Source: an uncultured Solirubrobacterales bacterium
GTDB lineage: Bacteria > Actinomycetota > Thermoleophilia > Solirubrobacterales > Solirubrobacteraceae
NCBI GenBank assembly: GCA_963756965.1
Contig: CAVWPT010000004.1
Span: 55,114 to 119,113 of the forward strand
Length of the DNA: 64,000 nucleotides
Direction: 5' to 3'
A model generated the notes under the pieces. That model was given only the letters and a program-made list of their open reading frames with translations, made no database searches and was not told where the DNA came from. Position 1 is the first letter of the stretch; the number at the start of each line of letters is the position of its first letter. The position numbers and the translations under genes were made by a program. Shown here one piece after another: positions 1 to 9,939 of this stretch.

Positions 1-903
1 CAGCGTGGTCCCGTTGGACCGGCGCCCGGGTCGAGCTGCGAGCCAGCCGTTGAAGCCCAGCGTCTCGGTGTGCTGGCTGACGCTGGCCAGCGTGGCGATC
101 ACTTGCCCGTTCGTGGCCCGAGCCTGCATCACCGGCATCAGCTGGTCGTCGATGAACGGATAGGAGGACCAGCACTGGCGTAGGTTGGCCGGTTCCTTGG
201 CCTGCGCGTAGCAGATGGTGGCCGGCCGCATGGCGTTGTAGGCGTTCTCGATGGCCAGCGCCGACTTCTGCACCAGGTAGTCGACGAAGTACTGGTTGGT
301 GCCCGAGCTCACCTGCGCGGGCCGCCCAGGCCCGAGTGAGTCCGGGGCGGACTCGTCGTGGGTGGCGGAGATCTGGATGTTGTCGAGGCGGTAGCCGTCG
401 CGCAGCACCTGGGCGCGGATCCGGTCGGCGTAGACGTTGAACAGGCCCTCCTGGTCGACGACCTCGATAGCCATCGTCTTGCCGGCCGTTGGAGACCACG
501 ATCGCGCGAGCGCCGACCGGGTCGGCCACATGGTCGTAGTAGCGGGGATTGCCGGTGCCGCCGCCGATGAAGTTGCCGTCCCAGCGGCCGTCGTGGTTGC
601 AGTCCAGGAACGGGTCGCCGAGGTCGTAATGGCCGTCGTGCTGCTCGTCGATGTAGGGCTCCTCGAACGCGAACTGGCGCGGGCCCGTTGAAGGCGCTGT
701 CGGCGGCGGACGCGCAGTCTGCCGGATCGGACTGGATCCGCCGGCCGACGGCGGGGTGAAGCTCTCACTGCCGCGCCGACGCGGAAGCGACCCGCGCCGG
801 CAGCGCCAGCGCCGGCGGTGGTTAGAACACCAAGCGTTCCCGCGGCCGCCAGTGCCGCAGCCGACGCAGCGACGAGCCGTTTGATCACTCCTGCCTCTCC
901 CAT
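1..903 (-). CDS. Secreted neutral/alkaline ceramidase-like hydrolase (runs off left edge; frameshifted)
   Basis: Not in ORF track. Manual minus-strand translation gives a signal-peptide-like N-terminus (VIKRLVAASAAALAAAG), then DPVGARAIVVSNG, IEVVDQEGLF, ISATHDESAPDSLG (cf. ceramidase SATHTHSGP) and SQHTETLG. Frame changes near 760 and 480. Confidence 0.6.
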   Translation of the reverse strand, partial: MGEAGVIKRLVAASAAALAAAGTLGVLTTAGAGAAGAGRFRVGAAVRASPRRRPADPVRSGRLRVRRRQRLQRARASSRSRSPTSTSSTTAITTSATRSWTATTTAAGTATSSAAAPAIPATTTMWPTRSALARSWSPTAGKTMAIEVVDQEGLFNVYADRIRAQVLRDGYRLDNIQISATHDESAPDSLGPGRPAQVSSGTNQYFVDYLVQKSALAIENAYNAMRPATICYAQAKEPANLRQCWSSYPFIDDQLMPVMQARATNGQVIATLASVSQHTETLGFNGWLAARPGRRSNGTTL

Positions 904-971
904 CCTTGAAGCCGTCATGGTAAGCGCCAGCGGGCGCCTCACAACCGAAACCGTCCGAATCTCAGCCTGCT

Positions 972-2420
972 TCAGAGTGCCGCCAGCGCATCGGATGCTG
1001 CACGCTCACCAGAGCGGATTGCCCCGTCCATGTAGCCCGGCCACAGCGGCGAGGCATCCGCGCTTGCATAGTGGACCCGGCCGAATGGTTGCGAGATCGG
1101 ATCGTTCAGCGAGGTCAGGACACCAGGCGGGTTGAACGTCCCGTAGGCGCCACGGGTGAAGGCTTCTGTGGCCCAGGCCAGGTCCACGTATCCGATCGGA
1201 TCACGGGCCTGCGCTCCGAAGTAGCGAGCGAATGACTCGAGGGCTGCCGCCTTGCGCGCCGAAGCCGACGCCCCGTAGAACGCGCGGCTGTCGTTGCCCT
1301 CCATGAAGCCGACTAGGACGCCGGGCTTGCCGTCGGGTGGAGAGTTGTCATAGGTGACGCGGATCGGCCCGGTGTCGGAGGTCGCCGATCCACTCAGCCC
1401 CTGATCGCGCCAGAACGGGGTCCGGTAGATCGCGTTCACCTTCACCACCGAGCCCATTGGCTGCCGCTGAAGCACCTGGTCGTAAGCTGCGGGCAGCGCC
1501 GGGTCGAAAGCGAGCCTCCCCATCAGAGGCTTCGGGACCGTGATAATCACGCGCCGTGATGCGAAGCTGCGCGAGCCCGCGTGCAATGTGACGTGGCCTC
1601 GCTGCTCAATCGCCGAGACCGCGATGCCGAGCTTCACGCTGGCGCCCAGCCGCCTGGCGAGCTTCTGGGAGAGCTGCTGCGGCCCGCCGACGAAGCGGAT
1701 GCTCTGCGCCGAGCCGATCAGCGTATTCACGTCGCCGCCCACGCCGGCGATCGCAGCGAGCAGGTCCAGCAGCGAGATCTCTTCGGCCTCCTCGCCGTAA
1801 ACGGCTCTGATCGCCAGCTCGGTGAGGCTCTGTGCCTCTGAGGTGTGCAGGTTCTGGTTGATCCACGTCTGGATCGTCTCCTGGTCCCAGCTTCCGGCTT
1901 GGCTCGCGGTCCAGGGCCGATCGGGTGGGACCGACGCGGCCATGTTGTTCAGCTGGGTGATGGCCGCCTCAAGCTCGACCAGCGACACGGGATTCGCGGG
2001 CGGGACGTCTCCGCTGTATGTCTGTAGCTGACCTCCTGAGTAGTAGACGTTGTTGCCGTTGGCGTATGTGGGGAACGTGGCTACGCCAAGCTCCTTGGCC
2101 AGCGCCTGTACGCGATCCTGACCCGGCCCGGTCCACTCGCCTCCGAGCTCTGCCACCTTCCCCGGCGCCAGCGGGTGGTCGAGGTTGCGACCGCCGACTC
2201 GACGGCGTGCCTCCAGCACGATCACCGAGCGCCCTGCCGCACGGACGCGGGTGGCGGCGGTCAGCCCAGCCAGGCCTGCGCCGACCACGGCGACGTCGTA
2301 GAGACGGGGACTGGGCCTCCGGCGACGCCGAGCCAGCGTCCCGGGCGCGCCGGCCAGCGCTCCAGCGGTTGCCGCGCCGCCGACGAGCAGCTCACGCCGC
2401 CTCACTCGTTCCGGTCGCAT
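972..2420 (-). CDS. Flavin monoamine oxidase family protein with Tat signal
   Basis: RRRELL twin-arginine leader; VVGAGLAGL FAD motif; EARRRVGGR; ELGGEW; C-terminal GYMDGAIRSGERAA. Confidence 0.9.
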   Translation of the reverse strand: MRPERVRRRELLVGGAATAGALAGAPGTLARRRRRPSPRLYDVAVVGAGLAGLTAATRVRAAGRSVIVLEARRRVGGRNLDHPLAPGKVAELGGEWTGPGQDRVQALAKELGVATFPTYANGNNVYYSGGQLQTYSGDVPPANPVSLVELEAAITQLNNMAASVPPDRPWTASQAGSWDQETIQTWINQNLHTSEAQSLTELAIRAVYGEEAEEISLLDLLAAIAGVGGDVNTLIGSAQSIRFVGGPQQLSQKLARRLGASVKLGIAVSAIEQRGHVTLHAGSRSFASRRVIITVPKPLMGRLAFDPALPAAYDQVLQRQPMGSVVKVNAIYRTPFWRDQGLSGSATSDTGPIRVTYDNSPPDGKPGVLVGFMEGNDSRAFYGASASARKAAALESFARYFGAQARDPIGYVDLAWATEAFTRGAYGTFNPPGVLTSLNDPISQPFGRVHYASADASPLWPGYMDGAIRSGERAASDALAAL

Positions 2421-2426
2421 TGCGAC

Positions 2427-2449
2427 AAGCTACCGTCGCTCGGTAGCGT
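2427..2449. promoter_or_regulatory. Bidirectional leaderless promoter (two back-to-back -10 elements)
   Basis: TAGCGT lies 6 nt before ATG 2456 (+) and TAGCTT 6 nt before ATG 2420 (-); inverted repeat GCTACCG-N5-CGGTAGC; no SD sequence. Confidence 0.5.
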
Positions 2450-2455
2450 GACGCT

Positions 2456-4963
2456 ATGAGGCGTTGGGTACCCGTCGCATTCCTTATGAGCCTGGTGCTC
2501 GCCCCCGCGGCTGCCGCTCGTCCTGCCGTGGTCTCGGCTGGTGCCGCTCGCTTCGAGGTGCTCACGCCGACGCTGATCCGCGCCGAGTACGCCCAGGATC
2601 GCCGGTTCGAGAATCGACCCACGATGACGGCTACCAGGGCCCCGCTCCCGCGCGCCGAGTTTGCGTTGAGTCGCTCGCATGGGTGGCTGATCATCCGCAC
2701 GCACCTCATGACGCTCCGATACCGCCTCGGATCCGGAGCTTTCTCGACGGAAAACCTCCGCCTCTCATACGTCGTCAGTGGCCATCGGGTCAGCGCCACC
2801 CCGCAGCCCGGCTCGGGCCAGGGCAACCTGGGCGGCTGGCGGCGGGCTCTTGACCTCCTCGACGGACCGGTTCAGCTGAACGACGGGCTCCTGTCGCGGG
2901 CGGGGTGGTACGTACTCGACGACAGCTCTACGGTCCTGCTCACCGCGGGCTCGCCCGGATTCGCGGTCCGTCCGACACATGCCGGGCCTTACCAGGACTG
3001 GTATCTGTTCGGATACGGCCACGACTACCAGAGGGCGCTCCGGGACCTGCACGCGCTCACCGGTCCGGCCCCCCTGCTCCCGCGAAGTGCCTTCGGCGTG
3101 TGGTTCTCGCGCTATTACCCCTACTCCGCTCAGGACTACCACACGCTCCTTGACCAGTTTCGGTCCAACCGCGTGCCGCTCGACACGGTGTCCGTCGACA
3201 CCGACTTCAAGCGGGAGAGCGGAGGTCCCTGCTGCGAGTCGGCGGCCGCGGCGGTGGCAGGTGCCCCGGGCAAGCCCTACAGCTGGGACGGATGGGAGTG
3301 GGACAACACCCTATTCCCCGATCCTCGCGGTTTCCTTGACTGGGCCCACACGCACGGTCTGTCGGTGGCGCTCAACATCCACCCATCGATCTCGACAAAC
3401 GACCCGAAGTACGCCGCGGCCAACGCCCAAGCAGGAGGGCTGGCGATCTCAAGCGGCCAGTGTCACATTCTGATTGCTGACGTCACTGCCAACTGCGCGG
3501 TGTTCGACTGGACCAAGCCGCGACAGATCGACGCGTACTTCGCCCTGCATCAGGAGTTCGCACGGACCGGGGCGGACGTCTTCTGGTTCGACTGGTGCTG
3601 CGATGACTCTCGCGCGGTGGCGTCCGGGCTGACCGCGGACACATGGATCAATTCGCTGTACGCGGGCGAGCAGCGGTCGCGGGGCACGCGCTGGCCTGCG
3701 TTCTCACGGGTGGGTGCCTCCTATGACAGTTCGCTGCCCAACGACGGCGATGGTCAGAGCGGGGGCACCGGGATCTTCGCCGAGCACCGCTACACGATCC
3801 AGTTCACGGGGGATACCTGCGCCACTTACCCGATGCTGGCGTTTGAGGCGCAGATGTCGGCCGAGGAGGGCAACGTGGGGCTTCCGTACGTGAGCCATGA
3901 CATCGGAAGCTTCCACGGGCAGGACGTCCAGGGGCAGTGCGGCCAGTTGGGCACCTCCGCGCTGTCCGCGCATCTTCCCGACGACCTCTATGCGCGCTGG
4001 GTTGCGCTAGGAACCTTTCAACCGCTCGACCGTCTTCATTCAGACCACGGTGACCGGCTCCCCTGGCAGTACGGCTCGGCCGCCGACGCAGCCGCCGCGT
4101 CGTTCCTGCGCCTGCGCGAGGCGCTTAATCCCTACATCTACACCCTCGCTCGGCACGCCCACGACACAGGGCTGCCGATCACGGGAGCGCTGTATCTGGA
4201 GTGGCCGGCGCTCCCGGGCGCCTACCAGCATCCAACCGAGTACACGTTCGGCCAGGACGTGGTGGTAGAACCGGTGGCGGCCGACGGCGACCCGGCGCCT
4301 GCCACGGTGTGGGTGCCTCCGGGATCGTGGACCGACTACTTCACGGGGCAGCGCTTTCGCGGCCCGTCGGTCCAGACGCTGTCGGTGCCGCTGTCGCAGA
4401 TGCCGGTGCTCGTGCGGGACGGGGCCGTGATCCCGACCGAGCCATATCAGCCCTTCACCTCGCCGGCGCCCCAACGGCAGCTGCTCCTCACCGTCTACGG
4501 CGGCGGCAACGGAAGCTTCAAGCTCTACGACGATCAAGGCGTCGGCTTTGGGTACACGGGTCGTGAGTACACGTGGACGCCGATCATCCACAGGCAGCGC
4601 GGCCGTTCCTCGACTGTGACGATCGGTCCGGCGCGCGGGAGCTTCCCCGGTTCGATACGGGGGCGCTCGTGGCTCGTGCGGCTAGTTGGCGTCGCCCGGC
4701 CTCGGGCTGTGCGGCTCAACGGGCAGAAGCTCAAGCGGTCGCGCTGGAGCTACGCATCCGCGACGCGGACATTGACAATTCGCGCCCGGAAGCCTCCCCA
4801 GCGGGCGTCGCTTCGTGATCAGTGCAGGATGAGCTTGAGCGCGATTATCAATCCTCCGAGCCCAGCCCCAACGAGGCTCTGGGCCAACAGCGCCACCCCG
4901 GAGAGATGGGCTCGCAGCCCCGCAACCACCTCTATCAGGAGGACCATCGCGGCCGACGAGTAG
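2456..4963 (+). CDS. Secreted glycoside hydrolase family 31 (TIM barrel + DUF5110-like domain)
   Basis: Signal peptide; FGVWFSRYYPY, WFDW nucleophile motif, HRYTIQFTGD, SHDIGSF, RLHSDH. True stop is probably near 4832 (late indel). Confidence 0.9.
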   Translation: MRRWVPVAFLMSLVLAPAAAARPAVVSAGAARFEVLTPTLIRAEYAQDRRFENRPTMTATRAPLPRAEFALSRSHGWLIIRTHLMTLRYRLGSGAFSTENLRLSYVVSGHRVSATPQPGSGQGNLGGWRRALDLLDGPVQLNDGLLSRAGWYVLDDSSTVLLTAGSPGFAVRPTHAGPYQDWYLFGYGHDYQRALRDLHALTGPAPLLPRSAFGVWFSRYYPYSAQDYHTLLDQFRSNRVPLDTVSVDTDFKRESGGPCCESAAAAVAGAPGKPYSWDGWEWDNTLFPDPRGFLDWAHTHGLSVALNIHPSISTNDPKYAAANAQAGGLAISSGQCHILIADVTANCAVFDWTKPRQIDAYFALHQEFARTGADVFWFDWCCDDSRAVASGLTADTWINSLYAGEQRSRGTRWPAFSRVGASYDSSLPNDGDGQSGGTGIFAEHRYTIQFTGDTCATYPMLAFEAQMSAEEGNVGLPYVSHDIGSFHGQDVQGQCGQLGTSALSAHLPDDLYARWVALGTFQPLDRLHSDHGDRLPWQYGSAADAAAASFLRLREALNPYIYTLARHAHDTGLPITGALYLEWPALPGAYQHPTEYTFGQDVVVEPVAADGDPAPATVWVPPGSWTDYFTGQRFRGPSVQTLSVPLSQMPVLVRDGAVIPTEPYQPFTSPAPQRQLLLTVYGGGNGSFKLYDDQGVGFGYTGREYTWTPIIHRQRGRSSTVTIGPARGSFPGSIRGRSWLVRLVGVARPRAVRLNGQKLKRSRWSYASATRTLTIRARKPPQRASLRDQCRMSLSAIINPPSPAPTRLWANSATPERWARSPATTSIRRTIAADE

Positions 4964-5284
4964 ACGCCAACGCTCGACAGCGGTGCCCAGGCCTGCCCCG
5001 GCGGCCCAGCAGATCAGGAGCACGACGAGCGGGACCACCGCTCCTACCAGCATCGAAAGCCCCTTGATCAGGAAGCTGCCGAGTCTCTTGAGGCTCAGGC
5101 TCTCACGCTGCCGGAGTCGCTCTCCGGTGAAATAGGCATAGGAGTGCGCAAGCCAGAAGATGACCAGAGCGAGCGCAACGGCGCCCACAGTGTCCGGGTA
5201 CTTCTCGCTTGCCGCGCTCTCTGCGTCTAACAGCGCCCCGACGATGAGTGTCCCGTAAACGAGCGGGGCAGGATCCTCGCGCAT
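4819..5284 (-). CDS. Hypothetical integral membrane protein (frameshifted)
   Basis: LVYGTLIVGALLDAES...WLAHSYA hydrophobic ORF; a shifted frame ends ...LKLILH* at 4819. Confidence 0.65.
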
Positions 5285-6483
5285 GGCTAGATACTTTCAG
5301 GGCGCCCGGCACGTTGGCCGCCGGGGCGGGTTCGTGGCCGTCGCCTATGCCTTCGCGGCGACGATGCTGGGCACGACCCTGCCGACGCCGCTGTATTCGC
5401 TCTACCAGCGGCGCTTCGGGTTCTCGGAGCTGATCATCACTGTGATCTTCGCCACCTATGCCGCCGGCGTGATAGCGGCGCTGCTGTTGCTGGGCCGGGT
5501 CTCGGATGAGGTGGGCCGCCGTCCTGTCCTGGCGCTTGGTCTGGCGCTCTCGGGCCTCAGCGCGGCGGTATTCCTCCTCGCCCAGGGGCTTCCCGCATTG
5601 CTTGTGGGACGGCTGCTGTCGGGGCTCTCGGCTGGGATATTCACCGGCACAGCCACGGCCACGCTCGTGGACCTGGCCGCGCCGGGCCGCCAGGACCGTG
5701 CCACGCTCGTCGCCGCGATGGTCAACATGGGCGGTCTCGGCTGCGGGCCACTGCTGGCGGGAGTGCTGGCCCAGACCGCACCGCTTCCCCTGCGGCTCAG
5801 CTTCTGGGTCGATCTCGTCGTCCTGGTACCGGCGCTGGTCGGGACCGCGGTGATGCCGGAGCCGGTGACTCGCCGCGGCCCCTTCCGGCTGAGGCCCCAG
5901 GCGCTCCACGTTCCACGCCAGGTCCGCGCCACTTTCATCCGGGCGGCAATGGCGGCATTCGCCGGATTTGCCGTCCTGGGGCTCTCCACGGCGGTATCGC
6001 CGGCGTTCCTGGGGCGGGTGCTTGGTGTCCATAGCGACGTGGTGGTTGGTGCTGGTGGTGTTCGGTGTGTTCGCAGCGTCCACCGGCGGGCAGCTGCTGC
6101 TGGAGGTGGTCCCGGAGCGCGTTGCCCTGGCGGCCGGCTGCGCTGCCCTGATCGCCGGGATGGGCGTGTTCTCGGTCGGGCTGGCGGCGTCGTCGCTTGC
6201 GCTGCTGGTCATCGGCTCCGCGCTCGCCGGAGCGGGGCAGGGGCTGAGCTTCCGGGCCGGGCTCGCCGGCGTGAACTCCGAAGCCCCGCCGGAGCAGCGG
6301 GCTGAGCTCGCGTCCAGCTTCTTCGTCGTCGCCTACGTGGCGATCTCGATCCCGGTGATAGGGGAGGGGGTGCTGGCTCAGGCGGCTGGACTGCGACCGG
6401 CAGGGCTGGTGTTCGCGGGGGTGGTGGTGGTGATCGCGGCCGTCGTGCTGGCGCTGCTGGCGCGCGGGTCTAAATCCGGCTGA
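5283..6483 (+). CDS. MFS transporter (frameshift ~6045)
   Basis: TLPTPLYSLY; MFS motif A GRVSDEVGRRPV; ORFs 5283-6305 and 5968-6483 are the two halves. Confidence 0.85.
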
Positions 6484-6526
6484 TCTTCATTGACCGGGGG
6501 CGGGCTGGGCGCGGACAATCCAGACC

Positions 6527-7934
6527 ATGCGGCAGGGGACCAGCACAAAGCTGGGGCTAGTCAGCGCGTTCGCAGCGATCGCGCTCGCAGCTCGTGGCGC
6601 CGGCGGCGCAGGGGAACACCTCGTGCGGATGGCAGTTCCAGATCGCGGGCGACCAGCTCAACGTCGCCTTCCCGGACCAGGCGGCCCGCTATTGGGTTTC
6701 CAACCTTCCGATTCCGCCCGGATTTCACATCGAGATCCACGGGCAGTTCCCCCACGCCCGGTACATCTCGTTCATGAGCTATGACCCCGCCACCCGCGCC
6801 GTCGACGGCATTCACGACTCGGCGATCGTGCCCGACGCCGGCTCGGTCAATCCGTTCGTCGCCGGCAACGACCGCACCGGCGCCGACTACTACACCGTCA
6901 AGGTGGTCAACGCACCCGTTCCCGCGAGCGGGCGCGCTCCCAACACGGTCTACACCGACAATGGGCAATCCTCCGATCCCACGAAGTACAAGACCTCACA
7001 GCCGACCGATACCGCCACGTTCATATACCGGCTGTACGAGCCCGACCAGGGCCAGGACATCTTCGGAGGAGCGGGCCTCCCGGCAGTCAGCCTGGTCTCT
7101 GATGACGGAACCCAGCGTGAGCGGCTTCCCGACTGTCCGGACCACTCGCTGCCCAGCACCCAGCAGCTCACCACTTCAATGGCGGGCTCAGGTTCGGGAC
7201 CGGGCAATGACAGCATCCCCTCGCCTGAGCTCGGCGGCCAGGATCCACCCATCTGGCTCAAATACACGAACCTCGTCAACGGCGTGGGTAACGGGGTTCT
7301 CAACAACCCTCGGACGGGCGCCACATGGCCCGCCGTGCAATCGACCTCGAACATGCTGCCGTCCGGAGGGTTCTACGACAACCTGGACAACGCGTACATG
7401 ACGGCGTTCGACTCCTCGTCCTACGGCGACGTCCTGGTGTTCCACGGCAAGGCTCCCACGACGCCACAGACCTATCCGGCAACGGCCACAAAGATGGGCA
7501 CGGGCCAGGTCCGCTACTGGTCGATCTGCGTCAACACGACGAGCACGCAGTACACGGGGTGCGTCAAGGATGACGACGTCACGCTCGACTCCCAGGGCTA
7601 CTTCACGATCGTGATCTCGACGGCGTCCAATAAGCCTGCCACCGCGGCCTGTCCGGGAATCAAGTGGCTGCCGAAGGGTCCAACGCCCTCGGCTCCGGTC
7701 ATCCTGCGCAACATGCTCCCCGACCCCGCCTTCGCCCAGGCGATTCAGAAGATCCCCGCCCAGGGCCAGGAGCAGGCCACGCTTGGCCCCTATTACCCCA
7801 ACGGCTACTACTTCGACCACGCTGCGAACTTCGACAGCTTCGTAAACGCAAACGGAGGCTGCGGTGCGTTCAGCTGGCCGTACTCGAACCCGCCAAAGAG
7901 CTATCAGCCGAAGGGTCTTCCGCTAGCGGGCTGA
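6527..7934 (+). CDS. Secreted conserved hypothetical protein (DUF1214-like C-terminal part)
   Basis: Signal peptide in the 6527 frame, continuing in the 6594 frame; GQFPHARYISF, RYWSIC and GYFTIVIS motifs; several Cys; typical codon bias. Confidence 0.75.
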
Positions 7935-8011
7935 ACCGTGGACCGCTCGGGGACGCACCTAGCGGCCCGGTTACCTCGCCGTTTAGGTCCTGAGGCGGAT
8001 AGCCTCGCGCC

Positions 8012-9928
8012 GTGAGGAGGAGTGCGATAACCGCGGCCGTCCTCGCCTTCCTGCCGGCGACCGCCACCGCGTCACCGCAGACGCGCTTCTCGTTCGCCAA
8101 TCGCTGCTTCGCCGTGTCCTCAGCGGTTACGCACAAATACCTAACGGTGGGACGGTCGGGTTACGGCATTTCGGTCCGGCGAGCCGCCACCCTGTACTTC
8201 AAGCCGACCGGCCTGGGCACGTACATGATCCAGGACCGGCGCGGCGAGCTGCTGAGCGTCGGGGCGGGGGCCGCGGTCGTCCCCAGCGCCACGCCGGCCG
8301 CTACCGCGGCATGGACCATGATCGGCACCGGCCGCGGCACCTTCGCTCTGCGGTCGATCGCCAACGGACGCTGGCTGAGGATCGGCCACTCGGGCGCGGT
8401 TGACACAGCTCCCGGCCGTCAGCGGCTGCGGTTGCGTGCTAGATCGCGCTGCCTCTCATATCCGGAAGCGGGCGTGAACGCCGTCGGACCGCTGCCCCAC
8501 GGCGTCAACCCCGACGGCACCGTGTTCGGATACGCCGACCCGCATCTCCACATCACCGCCGACTACCGCGCGGGAGGGCTCGTGGTCTCAGGCGAGAGCT
8601 TCGACCCGTTCGGCGTGACGGTGGCGCTCGGCGTCCAGCACGACGTCGACGTGCTCGGGCCCAACGAGGTCTTCGACTTCACCGGCAACCTGCTGCGCTC
8701 TGGGCGGCCGGTCGGCACACGTGACAACCACGGCTGGCCGACGTTCGTCGGATGGCCCACGTACGACACCTACACGCATCAGCAGACCTACTACCGGTGG
8801 CTGCAGCGAGCATGGATGGGCGGCCTCCGGCTGGTCACCGCGCAGTTGGTCGAGGACCAGCCGTTATGTCAGATCGAGCCGCGGCGGGCGCACTCCTGCG
8901 ATGAGACCGCGACGATCGAACTGGAGCTGGAGCACCTGCACGCGCTCCAGGACTATGTCGACGCGCAGAGCGGCGGTCCGGGCCGTGGCTGGTTGAGGCT
9001 CGTCACCGACCCCTGGCAGGCCAGGCACGTGATTGAGCAGGGCAAGTTGGCCGTGTTGATCGGCGTCGAATCATCAGAGCTGTTCGACTGTCCGGAACGC
9101 CTGGACCAGCCGCAGTGCACCAACGCCGACGTGGACCGGGGCATCGCGCTGTACAAGCGGCTCGGCATAAGCAGCGTGTTCATCGCCCACTGGATCGACA
9201 ACTCGTTCGCCGGCGCGGCGCTGATGGGCGGCGCCGAAGGCAACTTCATCAGCGGGATGCAAGTGCAAACCACGGGGCTCCCGTTCGAGACCGGACCTTG
9301 CCCCGAGCCCGGCCAGGGCACGAGTTGCAACAGCAAGGGCTTGACGCCGCTCGGCGCCTACCTCGTGCAGAAGCTGATGGACAACCACATGCTGATCGAG
9401 ATGGACCATCTCTCGGAGCGGGCCCGGCTGGACGTCCTCAAGCTGGCAGAGGCGCGGCAATATCCGATCGTCTCAAGCCATACCAACACGGGTGGGATCT
9501 GGACCCCCTCTGATCTGGAGCGGCTTTACAAGCTGGGCGGTTTCGCGACAGCACGCCCGGACCAAGCCGCCAACCTCGCGCGAGACATCAACAGCTTCCG
9601 TCGCTTCCAGCGGCCCCATCAGCTGCTGGGCGTTGGCCTCGGAACTGACACCGGCGGCCTCAACGCGGCGCCGGCCCCAGACCCCGCGGCTCAGACAAAG
9701 CCCCTGCGTTACCCGTTCCGCCCCTACGGCAGCCAGGTCCTCTTCTATTGCGAGCTCGCCGGCACTCACCAGTTCAACCTCAATACCGCGGGGGTAGCCG
9801 ACTACGGTCTGTATCCAGACCTCCTGGCCTACATGCGCCAGCAACCGGGTGGTCAGGCGGCCACCAGGCTCCTTTTCCAGTCAGCCGAGGGCTACCTGCA
9901 GATGTGGCAACGCGCGATGCTGCCCTAG
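8012..9928 (+). CDS. Secreted amidohydrolase, M19 dipeptidase / sphingolipid ceramide N-deacylase-like
   Basis: Signal peptide, beta-rich N-domain, GYADPHLH, GKLAVLIGVESSELF, NSKGLTPLG, MLIEMDHLS, IVSSH, GLGTDTGG. Confidence 0.8.
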   Translation: MRRSAITAAVLAFLPATATASPQTRFSFANRCFAVSSAVTHKYLTVGRSGYGISVRRAATLYFKPTGLGTYMIQDRRGELLSVGAGAAVVPSATPAATAAWTMIGTGRGTFALRSIANGRWLRIGHSGAVDTAPGRQRLRLRARSRCLSYPEAGVNAVGPLPHGVNPDGTVFGYADPHLHITADYRAGGLVVSGESFDPFGVTVALGVQHDVDVLGPNEVFDFTGNLLRSGRPVGTRDNHGWPTFVGWPTYDTYTHQQTYYRWLQRAWMGGLRLVTAQLVEDQPLCQIEPRRAHSCDETATIELELEHLHALQDYVDAQSGGPGRGWLRLVTDPWQARHVIEQGKLAVLIGVESSELFDCPERLDQPQCTNADVDRGIALYKRLGISSVFIAHWIDNSFAGAALMGGAEGNFISGMQVQTTGLPFETGPCPEPGQGTSCNSKGLTPLGAYLVQKLMDNHMLIEMDHLSERARLDVLKLAEARQYPIVSSHTNTGGIWTPSDLERLYKLGGFATARPDQAANLARDINSFRRFQRPHQLLGVGLGTDTGGLNAAPAPDPAAQTKPLRYPFRPYGSQVLFYCELAGTHQFNLNTAGVADYGLYPDLLAYMRQQPGGQAATRLLFQSAEGYLQMWQRAMLP

Positions 9929-9939
9929 GACGCCCGCGC

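Noticed and set aside
904-971. c-di-AMP (ydaO) riboswitch, from CCGAATC
   Set aside because: No GGGGA/GGAACC downstream elements, and wrong orientation for the adjacent genes
5282-5285. Divergent genes sharing one CATG for both starts
   Set aside because: The MFS start is uncertain in this indel-rich sequence and the true start is probably downstream
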